In this document: positions 9,224 through 18,808 of the stretch, piece by piece
Layout of the letters: each line of letters starts with the position of its first letter
Numbering within the stretch: position 1 is the first letter of the stretch
From: Thermoanaerobaculia bacterium
GTDB taxonomy: Bacteria > Acidobacteriota > Thermoanaerobaculia > UBA5066
Assembly: GCA_963816185.1 (NCBI GenBank)
Contig: CAWFJJ010000025.1
Span: forward strand, 552,794 to 616,793
DNA length: 64,000 nucleotides
Direction: 5' to 3'
Made by a program: the position numbers and the translations under genes
The notes under the pieces: generated by a model
Database searches by the model: none
What the model saw: only the letters and a program-made list of their open reading frames with translations
What the model was told of the DNA's origin: nothing

Positions 9224-11836
9224 ATGCATGTCGCGTTGACGCTCAACGGCGTCGAGAAGACCTTTGACGTCGCCGCCGACGCGTCGCTCCTCGAGCTGCT
9301 CCGCGACGGCGCGGGGATCACGTCGCCGAAGGATGGCTGCTCGCCCCAGGGCCAGTGCGGGGCGTGCCTCGTGCTCGTGGACGGGCATCCGAAAACTTCG
9401 TGCGCGATTCCCGCCCGGAACGCCGCGGGGAAGAGCGTCCTGACGCTCGAGGGAGTGGCCGAGAGCGAGCGGCGAATTTACGGTGAGGCGTTCGCACGGA
9501 CGGCGGGCCTCCAGTGCGGCTTCTGCATTCCGGGCATCGCGCTCCGGATGAAGAGCGTCCTCGACGCGAACCCGGATCCGACGGACGAAGAGATCAAGCG
9601 GAAGCTCGATCCGCACCTTTGCCGGTGCACCGGGTACGTCAAGATCGTCGACGCGTTCCATGCCGCGGCGCGGCTGCGCCGCGGCGAAGCGCTCCCGCCG
9701 CCGGACGAATCGGGCCGCGTCGGAACCAGCCTCGACCGCTACGAGGCCGAGGAGCTGACTCTCGGGACGCGGCCGTACGTCGCCGACCTCGTTTTTCCCG
9801 GGATGCTCCACGGCGCCGTGGCGCTCTCGGCGCACGCGCGGGCGCGCGTAAAAAGGATCGACACATCGAGGGCGGCCGGCCACCCCGGCGTGATGGCGGT
9901 CGTCACCGCGCGCGACGTGCCCGGCAAGCGTTTCTACGGCCTGATCGTCCCGGACTGGCCCGGCTTCGTGGCGGAGGGCGAGGAAACGCACTATGTCGGC
10001 GACGTCCTCGCGGCCGTCGCCGCGGTCGACGCGCGGACCGCCCGCGCCGCGGCGGCGAAGGTCGACGTGGAGTACGAAGTTCTCCCGCCCGTGACCGACC
10101 CCGAGGAGGCGCTCCGTCCCGGCGCTCCGCTCGTGGGAGGCGAGGGCAACCTCCTCGAGCGCTCGGTCGTCAAGCGCGGCGACGTCGAGGCGGCGCTCGC
10201 GGCGTCGGCGCACGTCGTCGAGGGCACGTGGCAGACGCAGCGCATCGAGCACCTCTACCTCGAGCCCGAGGCGTGCCTCGCCGCGCCGGGCGATATCGCC
10301 GGGCAGAACCCTCGAGCGCGCCTGACCCTCTACACGCAGGGACAGGGAGTCTTCGACGACCGGCGGCAGGTGGCCGCGTTCCTCGGCCTCGCCGAGGACG
10401 AGGTGCACGTCGTCCTCGTCCCGAACGGCGGCGCCTTCGGCGGCAAGGAGGACATGTCGATCCAGGCGCAGACGGCCCTCCTCGCCCGCGTGACGGGGCG
10501 GCCCGTTCGACTCGTCCTCTCGCGTGAGGAGTCCATGCGGCTCCACCCGAAGAGGCATCCCATCCGGATGCATTACCGCGCCGGGTGCGACTCCGAAGGC
10601 AGGCTGACCGCGGTCCGGGCACGGATGATCGGCGACTCGGGCGCATACGCGTCGGTCGGGGGCAAGGTTCTCGAGCGTGCGGCCGGGCACGCGGCCGGAC
10701 CGTACAAGTGCCCGAACATCGATGTCGAGGCGCTGGCCGTCTACACGAACAACCCGCCCTGCGGCGCCATGCGCGGCTTCGGCGCGAACCAGGCCCACTT
10801 CGCCATGGAAGGCGCCCTCGACATGCTGGCCGAGAAAGCCGGACTCGACGGCTGGGAGATCAGGTGGCGCAACGCGCTCGAGGCGGGCGACGAGTGGTCG
10901 TGCGGGCAGAAGCTCACGGCTTCGGTCGGCCTCAAGAAGACTCTCCTCGCCGTCAAGGACGTCTGGGAGAAGAACCGGGGGCGCGCGGGCATCGCCTGCG
11001 GCATCAAGAACTCCGGCATCGGGAACGGGCTGAAGGAATGGGGAAGGGCGCGGCTCGTGGTGGAGGGCGGCGGCAGCATCACGCTTTACAACGGCTACAC
11101 CGAGATGGGCCAGGGCCTCCTCACTGTCCTGATCCAGTGCGCGTGCGAGGTGACGGGGCTCCCCGCGTCCGTCTTCCGCGCCCGGGTCGACACGCGCTTT
11201 CCGATGGAGGTGGGCCAGACGACAGGCTCGCGGGCGACGTATCTCGGCGGACGTGCCGTCGTCGACGCGGCGCGGAAGCTGAAAGCGGACCTCGATTCCG
11301 GCAGGACGCTCGAGGATCTTTCGGGCACCGTCTACGTGGGCGAAGTCCTCGTGGATGACACGACGAAGCTCGGCCACGAACCGCCTCCCGGAGTCCCGAT
11401 GAAGCTTCACTCGGCCTTCGGATTTGCCACGCAGGTCGTGATCCTCGACGAGAAAGGCCGCGTGTCGAAGGTCGTGGCAGCTCACGACGTGGGGCGCGCC
11501 ATCAACCCGAAGCTCTGCGAGGGGCAGATCGAAGGCTCCGTCCACATGGGTCTCGGCTACGCGCTCACGGAGGAGATGGTCTGCAAGGACGGCATGCCGG
11601 TTTCGTTCCGCATCCGCGACTACGGCGTCCTCAGGGCTCAGGACATGCCCGAAGTCGAGGTGATCCTCGTGGAGGACCCGCAGCCCGACGGCCCGTTCGG
11701 CGCCAAGGGCGTGGGGGAGATCGGCCTCGTGCCGACGGCTCCCGCGGTGGCCGCCGCCCTGCACACTTTCGACGGCGTCCGCCGGTTCACGCTCCCGATG
11801 CGCGATTCTCCTGCTGCCCGGGCGTTGAAACGGTGA
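9224..11836 (+). CDS. Molybdenum hydroxylase with fused 2Fe-2S domain (selenium-dependent xanthine dehydrogenase-like)
   Basis: GCSPQGQCGAC, QCGFCIPG, LCRCTGY, GGAFGGK, GAMRGFG, EMGQG, TTGSR, GPFGAKGVGE. Confidence 0.9.
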   Translation: MHVALTLNGVEKTFDVAADASLLELLRDGAGITSPKDGCSPQGQCGACLVLVDGHPKTSCAIPARNAAGKSVLTLEGVAESERRIYGEAFARTAGLQCGFCIPGIALRMKSVLDANPDPTDEEIKRKLDPHLCRCTGYVKIVDAFHAAARLRRGEALPPPDESGRVGTSLDRYEAEELTLGTRPYVADLVFPGMLHGAVALSAHARARVKRIDTSRAAGHPGVMAVVTARDVPGKRFYGLIVPDWPGFVAEGEETHYVGDVLAAVAAVDARTARAAAAKVDVEYEVLPPVTDPEEALRPGAPLVGGEGNLLERSVVKRGDVEAALAASAHVVEGTWQTQRIEHLYLEPEACLAAPGDIAGQNPRARLTLYTQGQGVFDDRRQVAAFLGLAEDEVHVVLVPNGGAFGGKEDMSIQAQTALLARVTGRPVRLVLSREESMRLHPKRHPIRMHYRAGCDSEGRLTAVRARMIGDSGAYASVGGKVLERAAGHAAGPYKCPNIDVEALAVYTNNPPCGAMRGFGANQAHFAMEGALDMLAEKAGLDGWEIRWRNALEAGDEWSCGQKLTASVGLKKTLLAVKDVWEKNRGRAGIACGIKNSGIGNGLKEWGRARLVVEGGGSITLYNGYTEMGQGLLTVLIQCACEVTGLPASVFRARVDTRFPMEVGQTTGSRATYLGGRAVVDAARKLKADLDSGRTLEDLSGTVYVGEVLVDDTTKLGHEPPPGVPMKLHSAFGFATQVVILDEKGRVSKVVAAHDVGRAINPKLCEGQIEGSVHMGLGYALTEEMVCKDGMPVSFRIRDYGVLRAQDMPEVEVILVEDPQPDGPFGAKGVGEIGLVPTAPAVAAALHTFDGVRRFTLPMRDSPAARALKR

Positions 11837-11840
11837 AGGC

Positions 11841-13091
11841 GTGAGCCGGCATCTGCCGAAGGTCACGGGCTTGAGATGCGTCCTGTGCGGGACCGTCTAC
11901 GCGCACGGCGAGAAGGAATACACCTGCCCGCGGTGCGGGATCGAGGGAATCCTCGACGTCGAATACGACCACGAGCTGATCGCCCGGACCTTCGGCCTCT
12001 CGTCCCTCGCGGCCGACCGCGATCTTTCGCTCTGGCGCTACCGGGCTCTCCTGCCTCTTCCCGACGACATCGTCCCGCCGCGCCTCCAGGTCGGCTGGAC
12101 ACCCGTGGTCGAGTCGCCCGTGCTCGCCAAGGAGCTCGGCCTCGGCGCCTTCTTCGTCAAGGACGACGGCCGAAATCCCACCGCCTCGTTCAAGGACCGC
12201 GCCAGCTCGGTGGGTGTCACGCGCGCGCGGTGGCTCGGCCGGAACGAAATCACCTGCTCGTCGACCGGCAACGCGGCGTCATCACTCGCGGGCTTCGCGG
12301 CCGAGGCGGGGATGGTAGCGTTCATCTTCGTGCCCGTTTCGGCCCCGGAGGCGAAGGTCGCCCAGCTCCTCGTCTACGGGGCGAAAGTCTTCCTCGTCGA
12401 GGGTCCGTACGAGGATGCCTTCAAGACGTGCCAGTCCTCGGTCGAGGCGTTCGGCTGGTACAACCGCAACTGCGCGATCAACCCTTATCTCGTCGAAGGG
12501 AAGAAGACGTGCGGCCTGGAGATCGCCGAGCAGATGCGCGGCCGGATGCCCGATGTCGTGACCGTCGCTCTCGGCGACGGCTGTACGACGGCTGGGATCT
12601 GGAAGGGGCTCGCCGAAATGAAGAGGCACGACGTCGTCGATCGGTTGCCGCGCATCCTGGCCGTCCAGGCCGAGGGCGCCGCGCCGCTCGCGACGACCTT
12701 CGCCCGTGGCGACGAGCACATCGAGCCGGTCGAGGCGACGACGCTCGCCGACTCCATCAACGTGGGCGCGCCGCGAAACGGCATCAAGGCCCTCCGCGCC
12801 GTCCGCGCCTCGGGCGGAGCGATCGTGACCGCGCGCGACGAGGCGATCCTGTCGTGGATCCCGCGCCTGGCCCGCGCCACGGGCGTCTTCGCCGAGCCCA
12901 CGGGCGTCGCCGCGCTCGCCGGCCTCGAGGTCGCGATCGAGAGGGGCCTCGTCAGGCGTGGGGAGCGCGTCCTCCACGTGGCGACCGGCAACGGCCTGAA
13001 AGACACGCGCGGCGCGATGCGTTCCGTCGGACCCCCGCGAAGAATTCCGCCCTCTCTCGACGCCGTCCGCGGCGCACTGGAGCAAGACTAA
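11841..13091 (+). CDS. Threonine synthase-like PLP enzyme
   Basis: N-terminal CxxC...CxxC, NPTASFKDR (PLP lysine), SSTGNAASSLA, EGKKT, ATGNGLKD. Confidence 0.88.
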   Translation: MSRHLPKVTGLRCVLCGTVYAHGEKEYTCPRCGIEGILDVEYDHELIARTFGLSSLAADRDLSLWRYRALLPLPDDIVPPRLQVGWTPVVESPVLAKELGLGAFFVKDDGRNPTASFKDRASSVGVTRARWLGRNEITCSSTGNAASSLAGFAAEAGMVAFIFVPVSAPEAKVAQLLVYGAKVFLVEGPYEDAFKTCQSSVEAFGWYNRNCAINPYLVEGKKTCGLEIAEQMRGRMPDVVTVALGDGCTTAGIWKGLAEMKRHDVVDRLPRILAVQAEGAAPLATTFARGDEHIEPVEATTLADSINVGAPRNGIKALRAVRASGGAIVTARDEAILSWIPRLARATGVFAEPTGVAALAGLEVAIERGLVRRGERVLHVATGNGLKDTRGAMRSVGPPRRIPPSLDAVRGALEQD

Positions 13092-14446
13092 TGATCCACG
13101 GCCCAACGTATTCCGAGATGCGCGACCCTTCGAGCCTGCCCGCGGAGCTGCGGCGTCGAGCCGCCGTCGCCGCGCGCGAGGCGCCGCTCGATCCGGTCAA
13201 CCTCTTCAACATCACGTGGCACGAAGAGGACGGCCGCGTGCGGGCTCTGCGCCTCCCCGAGGCCCTCACGGGCGTCGAGGCGCCCATCGTCCTCCTCCAT
13301 GCGGGGGATTTTCCGACCGGCGCACACAAGGTGGGGGCGACGTACTCGGTCCTCATGGAACACCAGCTCGCCGGCGACGTCACGCCCGGGACGTCGACGC
13401 TCGTCTGGCCCTCGACCGGCAACTACGGGATCGGCGGCGCGTGGGTCGGCCCGCGCATGGGCTACGAATCGGTCGTGATCCTGCCGGAGGAGATGAGCGC
13501 CGAGCGCTTCGAGAAGATCGCCGCGTACGGTGCGAAGGCCATCAGCACGCCCGGCTGCGAGAGCAACGTCAAGGAGATCTACGACGAGTGCAAGCGCCTC
13601 GCGGCGCAGCCGCGCGTCCGCGTGATGAATCAGTTCGCCGAGATGGCGAACTACCGCTGGCACTACCACGTCACCGGCGCCGCAGCGGCGGAGGCGGTCG
13701 AGACGCTCGGAGCCGGGCGGCCTGCCGCTTTCGTCTCGGCGATGGGCTCGGGAGGCACGATCGCGGCCGGCGACGCCCTCAAGGCGCTCTTCAGGACGCG
13801 CATCGTCGGTCTCGAGCCTGTCCAGTGCCCCACGCTCTCGCGCAACGGCTACGGCGGACACGCGATCGAGGGGATCGGCGACAAGCACGTGACGTGGATC
13901 CATCACGTGACGAATCTGGACGCCATGATGTGCATCGACGACGAGGAGTGCCTGCTGGGTCTCCAGCTCGTGAGCGAGCCGGCGGGCCGCGACTTCCTCG
14001 CCGCGGGAGGCGGGCTGGGAGAAACCGCGCATCGCCTCTCGACACTTCTCGGCATCAGCGGTGTCTGCAACATCCTCGGCGCGATCAAGACCGCGCGGTG
14101 GCTCCGGCTCGGCAAGAACGACGCGATCGTGACGGTGGCGACGGACTCCCTCGACCGGTACCCGTCCGTTCTCAAGCGCCTCGCGGCGCGCACGGGGCCG
14201 CTTACGCTCGAGCGGGCCGAGGCGCGCCTCGCGTCCGTTTTCCGCGGGCAAAAGCTCGACTGGATCTCGGAGGGGACTCGCGAGAGCCGAGAGCGCTGGC
14301 ACAACCTGAAATACTTCACGTGGGTCGAGCAGCAGGGAAAGACGATAGAGGAGCTCGACGCGCAGCGTTCCGAGAGCTGGTGGAGCGAACAGGCGGCGCT
14401 CGCGGGAGACGTGGATCGCCGGCTCCGCGAGGCGCGTGGGTGGTGA
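13091..14446 (+). CDS. PLP-dependent fold-type II enzyme (cysteine synthase/TrpB-like beta family)
   Basis: ATG at 13091 overlaps the previous stop. FPTGAHKVGA, WPSTGNYGIGG, MGSGGTIAAG, HAIEGIGDKH. Confidence 0.85.
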   Translation: MIHGPTYSEMRDPSSLPAELRRRAAVAAREAPLDPVNLFNITWHEEDGRVRALRLPEALTGVEAPIVLLHAGDFPTGAHKVGATYSVLMEHQLAGDVTPGTSTLVWPSTGNYGIGGAWVGPRMGYESVVILPEEMSAERFEKIAAYGAKAISTPGCESNVKEIYDECKRLAAQPRVRVMNQFAEMANYRWHYHVTGAAAAEAVETLGAGRPAAFVSAMGSGGTIAAGDALKALFRTRIVGLEPVQCPTLSRNGYGGHAIEGIGDKHVTWIHHVTNLDAMMCIDDEECLLGLQLVSEPAGRDFLAAGGGLGETAHRLSTLLGISGVCNILGAIKTARWLRLGKNDAIVTVATDSLDRYPSVLKRLAARTGPLTLERAEARLASVFRGQKLDWISEGTRESRERWHNLKYFTWVEQQGKTIEELDAQRSESWWSEQAALAGDVDRRLREARGW

Positions 14447-15666
14447 AAGAGGGGGGGCGACGCGGATCGGGCGCGAGGGGCCTCGCCATCGAAGGCGGCA
14501 CCGTCTTGGCGCTCGCCCCGCCCTCCCTTGAGCGGCGCGACGTGCTGTTGGGAGCCGAGCCACGGCGCCGGCTCGACGCCTCCGGCTGTCTCGTCATGCC
14601 CGGGCTCGTCATCGCGCACACGCATCTCTATTCGGCGCTCGCCCGCGGAATGCCGGGTCCGGCCGCGCCCCCGCGCACCTTCCGGGAGATCCTCGAGCGG
14701 ATCTGGTGGCGCCTCGACGCGGCGCTCGACGAAAGCTCGCTTCGGGCGTCGGCCGAGGTCGCTCTCCTCGACGCGGCTCTCTCGGGTGCGACGGTCGTCC
14801 TCGACCACCACGAGTCCCCGTCCTTCATCGACGGCTCTCTCGATGTCCTCGCAGGTGCGGCGAAGGCGGTCGGCGTGAGCGTCGCGCTCACGTACGGGGC
14901 GACGGACCGGCACGGACCGAAAGGAGCGGCGGACGGCCTCGCCGAGTGCGAGCGGGCGATCCGGGAAGGTCTCCCCGCAATGGTGGGTCTTCACGCCGGC
15001 TTCACGGTCTCGGACGAGACGCTCGCCGCCGCGTCGGACCTCGCGAGGCGAACGGGGGCCTGGCTCCACGTGCACGCGGCCGAGGACCTCTGCGATGAGG
15101 GATCCTTCGAACGTCTCGACCGCGCCGGAGCCCTCGGGCCGAAGACGCTCCTGGCCCACGGCGTTCACCTCGGGTCGAGAGAGCGCGAGCGGGCGCGCGA
15201 GGCAAGCGCGTGGATCGTTCACAACCCTCGCAGCAATCTCCAGAACGCCGTGGGATACGCCGACGTGGGGACCCTCGGCTCGCGCGTCGCCCTCGGCACG
15301 GACGGGATGGACGGCGACCTCTTCGCGGAGGCGCGCGTCGCGCACCTGCGCGCCCGGGAAGCGTACGGGCCGGCGGGCGGGATCGATGCGGTCGCTCTTC
15401 TTGCCCAGAGCCAGCGTCTGGCCGACGAGGCCGTCGGGCCGCGCCCTGGGGACTGGATCGTCCTCGAGTACGACCCTCCCACGCCTCTGACGGCGTCGAA
15501 TCTCGCGGGACACGTTCTCTTTGGCCTCGGGACGCGCCACGTGCGCGACGTCGTCGTGAACGGCGAGGTCGTCGTCGAAGGGCGGAGGTCCGTGCGCGTG
15601 GACGGCGCTCGCGTCCATGCCCGGGGGCGCGAGGAAGCGGCGCGGCTCTGGGAGCGGATGGCGTGA
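14443..15666 (+). CDS. ssnA: Amidohydrolase, SsnA-like
   Basis: MPGLVIAHTHLYSALARGM, WWRLD, DHHESP, GLHAGFT, HVHAAED, HNPRSN, GTDG. GTGA overlap with the upstream gene. Confidence 0.75.
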   Translation: MKEGGRRGSGARGLAIEGGTVLALAPPSLERRDVLLGAEPRRRLDASGCLVMPGLVIAHTHLYSALARGMPGPAAPPRTFREILERIWWRLDAALDESSLRASAEVALLDAALSGATVVLDHHESPSFIDGSLDVLAGAAKAVGVSVALTYGATDRHGPKGAADGLAECERAIREGLPAMVGLHAGFTVSDETLAAASDLARRTGAWLHVHAAEDLCDEGSFERLDRAGALGPKTLLAHGVHLGSRERERAREASAWIVHNPRSNLQNAVGYADVGTLGSRVALGTDGMDGDLFAEARVAHLRAREAYGPAGGIDAVALLAQSQRLADEAVGPRPGDWIVLEYDPPTPLTASNLAGHVLFGLGTRHVRDVVVNGEVVVEGRRSVRVDGARVHARGREEAARLWERMA

Positions 15667-17679
15667 GCACGCTCCGCCCGCTCCCGCTCTCCGTACTCGT
15701 ACGCCGCGCGGCGGAGGAGCTCCCTACGGGATCGGTCTACGACCTCCCGCTGCGACACGTGTTCAGGGGTTTCCCGGGCCTGGACCTCTCGGTGAGGTTC
15801 CACGGTCACCGCTGCGCGACGCCGGTCGGACCGGCGGCGGGGCCGCACACGCAGATGGCGCAGAACATCGCGCTCTCCTTCTTGGCCGGAGGCCGCATCC
15901 TCGAGCTCAAGACCGTTCAGGTGAACGATCGGCTCGTGATCCCGCGTCCGTGCATCGACATGCGGACCGTGGGCTTCAACATCGAGTGGTCGCAGGAGCT
16001 TCTGGTCGAAGAGTCCCTCCGCGAGTACGCGAAAGCGCGACTGCTCGTGGCGATCCTGTCCGAGCTCTGCGACATTCCCGACGCAGAGCGCGACTTCGTC
16101 CTCGACGTGTCCGTCGGCTACAGCCTCGACGGCATCAAGTCGCGCAAGATCACCGGATTCTTCGAAGGGGTCCGCGACGCGGGCGCTCTCCTCGACCGCG
16201 AGCGACAGGCTCTGCGCAGAGAGCTCCCTTCCTCTCTGAGGCGGTTCGCCGACGTTCCCTGCGACGCACGCCTCTCCGACTCGGTCACGCTCTCCACGTT
16301 CCACGGCTGCCCGGCCGGCGAGATCGCCGCCATCAGCCGGCATCTCCTCTCGGAGCTGGGACTCCACACCATCGTCAAGCTGAACCCGACTCTCCTCGGA
16401 TACGAGGAGACGCGGGAGATCCTTCACGACCGCCTCGGATACGCGCACATCGCGCTCCGCCGCGCCGCTTTCGAGAAGGACCTGCAGTGGAGCGACGGCC
16501 TCTCGATCGCTCGGGAGCTGTCGGGTGAGGCCGCACGGCTCGGTCTCGACTTCGGCGTGAAGCTCACGAACACACTCGTCGTCGAGAATCCTGCCGACTT
16601 CATGCCCGGCGAGGAGGCGTACCTGTCCGGCGAGCCGCTCCACGTCCTCGCGCTGACGCTCGGGTCGAGGCTTCGGGAAAACCTCGGAGCCGCATTCCCG
16701 ATCTCCTTCTCCGCCGGGATCGACTCGGCCAACGTGGCCGGCGCGGTCGCGAGCGGCTTCGTGCCGGTGACGAGCTGCACCGATCTTCTCCGGCCCGGCG
16801 GCTACGAGCGCCTTCACCGGCAGGTCGAGGCTCTCGCGGGCGCGGTGCAGGAATCGGGCGCCGCTGCGATCCCGGACTTCATCCGGGCACGCGCCGGAGC
16901 GGCAGCCGGCGGCGACGTCGCCGCCGCGTCTCTCCTGAATCACAGCCGCTTGGCCGCCGGGGCGCTCGTCAACGAGCGCTACTGCAGCCGCGAAGACCGG
17001 CCTCCTGCCCCGTAAGATCGGCTCACGCCTTCACCTTCTGGACTGCATCAATTGCGACAAGTGCATTCCCGTCTGCCCGAACGATGCCAACTTCTCCTAC
17101 GAGATGCCGCCTCGGACGATCACCTTCCGCGACCTCGTCTCCCGCGGCGGCCGTCTCTCACCCGCCGACGAACGGACCCTCGCGTGGGGAGCCGGGAAAT
17201 CGCCGACGCACCAGATCGCGAACTGGGCAGACGCCTGCAACGACTGCGGGAACTGCGACGTCTTCTGCCCCGAGGACGGCGGTCCCTACATCGAGAAGCC
17301 GCGCATCTTCCGGTCCTTGGCATCCTTCCTGTCCGATGACCCGCGCCCCGGTTTCTTCGTCCTCCGCGAGGAGGACGGCTCTCTCACGGCCTACGGCCGC
17401 TGGGGAGGCCGTGAGGTGGAGCTTCTCGTGAGGCCCGGCGGCTCGGCAATTTTCCGCGACGGCGTCGCCGAGCTGCAATTCGCGTCCGCCGAAGCCGTAG
17501 CTCCGGACGAAGCGCGCATCCTCGCGCCGCCGGCGCCCGAGGGACACGTCGTTCCTGTCGGGCACTACCATGTCCTCCGGGCGGTCCTGACCGGACTTTT
17601 CGCGCCGGGCGCCGTCTCCTGGCTGACCGCCATGTTTCCGGAGGTTTCCGGACCCACAAACGTCTCTTTGGAGAGCTGA
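15663..17679 (+). CDS. ygfK: YgfK-like oxidoreductase (FMN TIM barrel + C-terminal 4Fe-4S domain); frameshift near 16990-17010
   Basis: TPVGPAAGPHTQMAQNI, ELKTVQ, RPCID, STFHGCP, VKLNPTLLG, FGVKLTNT. After the shift: CINCDKCIPVCPNDAN and CNDCGNCDVFCPEDGGPY. Confidence 0.75.
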
Positions 17680-17680
17680 C

Positions 17681-18808
17681 GTGAAGACCACCGCTGCCGC
17701 CGATCCCGCCGTTCCGGCCGCCCTCGTGGGCCGGAGCCTCCTCCTCACGGACGACTACACGACGGCGGAGCTTTCCTCTCTCCTCGCCGTCGCCGAGAGC
17801 TTCTGCGCGCTGGACCGCGAAGGGAAGAAGGCGGAGCTCCTGCCCGACGAGCTCGCCTACGCGCTCTTCTTCGACAACTCCACGCGCACCAAGTCCGCGT
17901 GGGCGGGCGCCGCGGCCCGGCTGGGCATGCACCCGGTCATCGTGGACGGCTCGTCCACACAGGTCTCGCACGGCGAGACCGCGGCCGAGACCGGCGCCAT
18001 GCTCGGGATGAACGCGCACGCTCTCGGCGTGCGGCACGACCTGATCCTCGGCGAGGGCAACGCTTTCATGCGCGACGTGAAGAGAGGGATCGACGCCTAT
18101 CTCGTGGCCACGCGCGACGGGCGGAAGGTTCCCGTCGTCAACCTTCAGTGCGACATCGACCATCCCACCCAGACGCTGGCCGACCTCTGCTGGCTCCGCG
18201 AGACGTTTCCCGAAGGTGTCGCGGGCAAGCGCATCGCCGTGTCGTGGGCGTACTCGCCCAGCTACGCCAAGCCGCTCTCGGTGCCGCAGGGGCTCATCAT
18301 GCTCATGACGCGCTTCGGCGCGCACGTGACGCTCGCGCATCCGGAAGGCTATCGCCTCATGGACCGGTGCCTCGCGTCCGCGGCTTCGCATGCCGCCTCG
18401 TCGGGCGGCTCCTTTCGGACGGTTTCTTCCATGGACGATGCGTTCGAGGACGCCGACGTCGTCTATCCGAAGAGCTGGGGGCCGTACGACCTCATGCTCT
18501 CCCGTGTCGAGGCCAACCACGCGCGTGACGCGAAGCGAATGGGCGAGATCGAGAAAGAAGCGCTCGCGCGAAACGCGCAACACAAGGACTGGATCTGTGA
18601 CGAAAGGCGGATGAAGACCACGCGGGGAGGCGATGCCCTTTACATGCACTGCCTTCCCGCCGACATCGGGTCGGAGGTCTCGCCCGGCGTCATGGCGAAG
18701 CACGCCGTGAACGTCGCGCGCGAGGCGAACTGGAAGGTCTACGTCGTGATGGCGGCGCTCGCGACGGCCAAGGTGCCCGATCTCGCCCGCCGGATGGAGG
18801 CGTTGTGA
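17681..18808 (+). CDS. ygeW: YgeW-type knotted carbamoyltransferase
   Basis: FFDNSTRT, NLQCDIDHPTQ, WAYSPSYAKPLSVPQG, VYPKSW, LYMHCLPADI are characteristic of YgeW. Confidence 0.88.
   Translation: MKTTAAADPAVPAALVGRSLLLTDDYTTAELSSLLAVAESFCALDREGKKAELLPDELAYALFFDNSTRTKSAWAGAAARLGMHPVIVDGSSTQVSHGETAAETGAMLGMNAHALGVRHDLILGEGNAFMRDVKRGIDAYLVATRDGRKVPVVNLQCDIDHPTQTLADLCWLRETFPEGVAGKRIAVSWAYSPSYAKPLSVPQGLIMLMTRFGAHVTLAHPEGYRLMDRCLASAASHAASSGGSFRTVSSMDDAFEDADVVYPKSWGPYDLMLSRVEANHARDAKRMGEIEKEALARNAQHKDWICDERRMKTTRGGDALYMHCLPADIGSEVSPGVMAKHAVNVAREANWKVYVVMAALATAKVPDLARRMEAL

Noticed and set aside
16981-17015. Possible selenocysteine or programmed recoding at the break in the YgfK-like gene
   Set aside because: The stop is TAA, the continuation is in another frame, and no slippery run is evident. 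An indel error is simpler.
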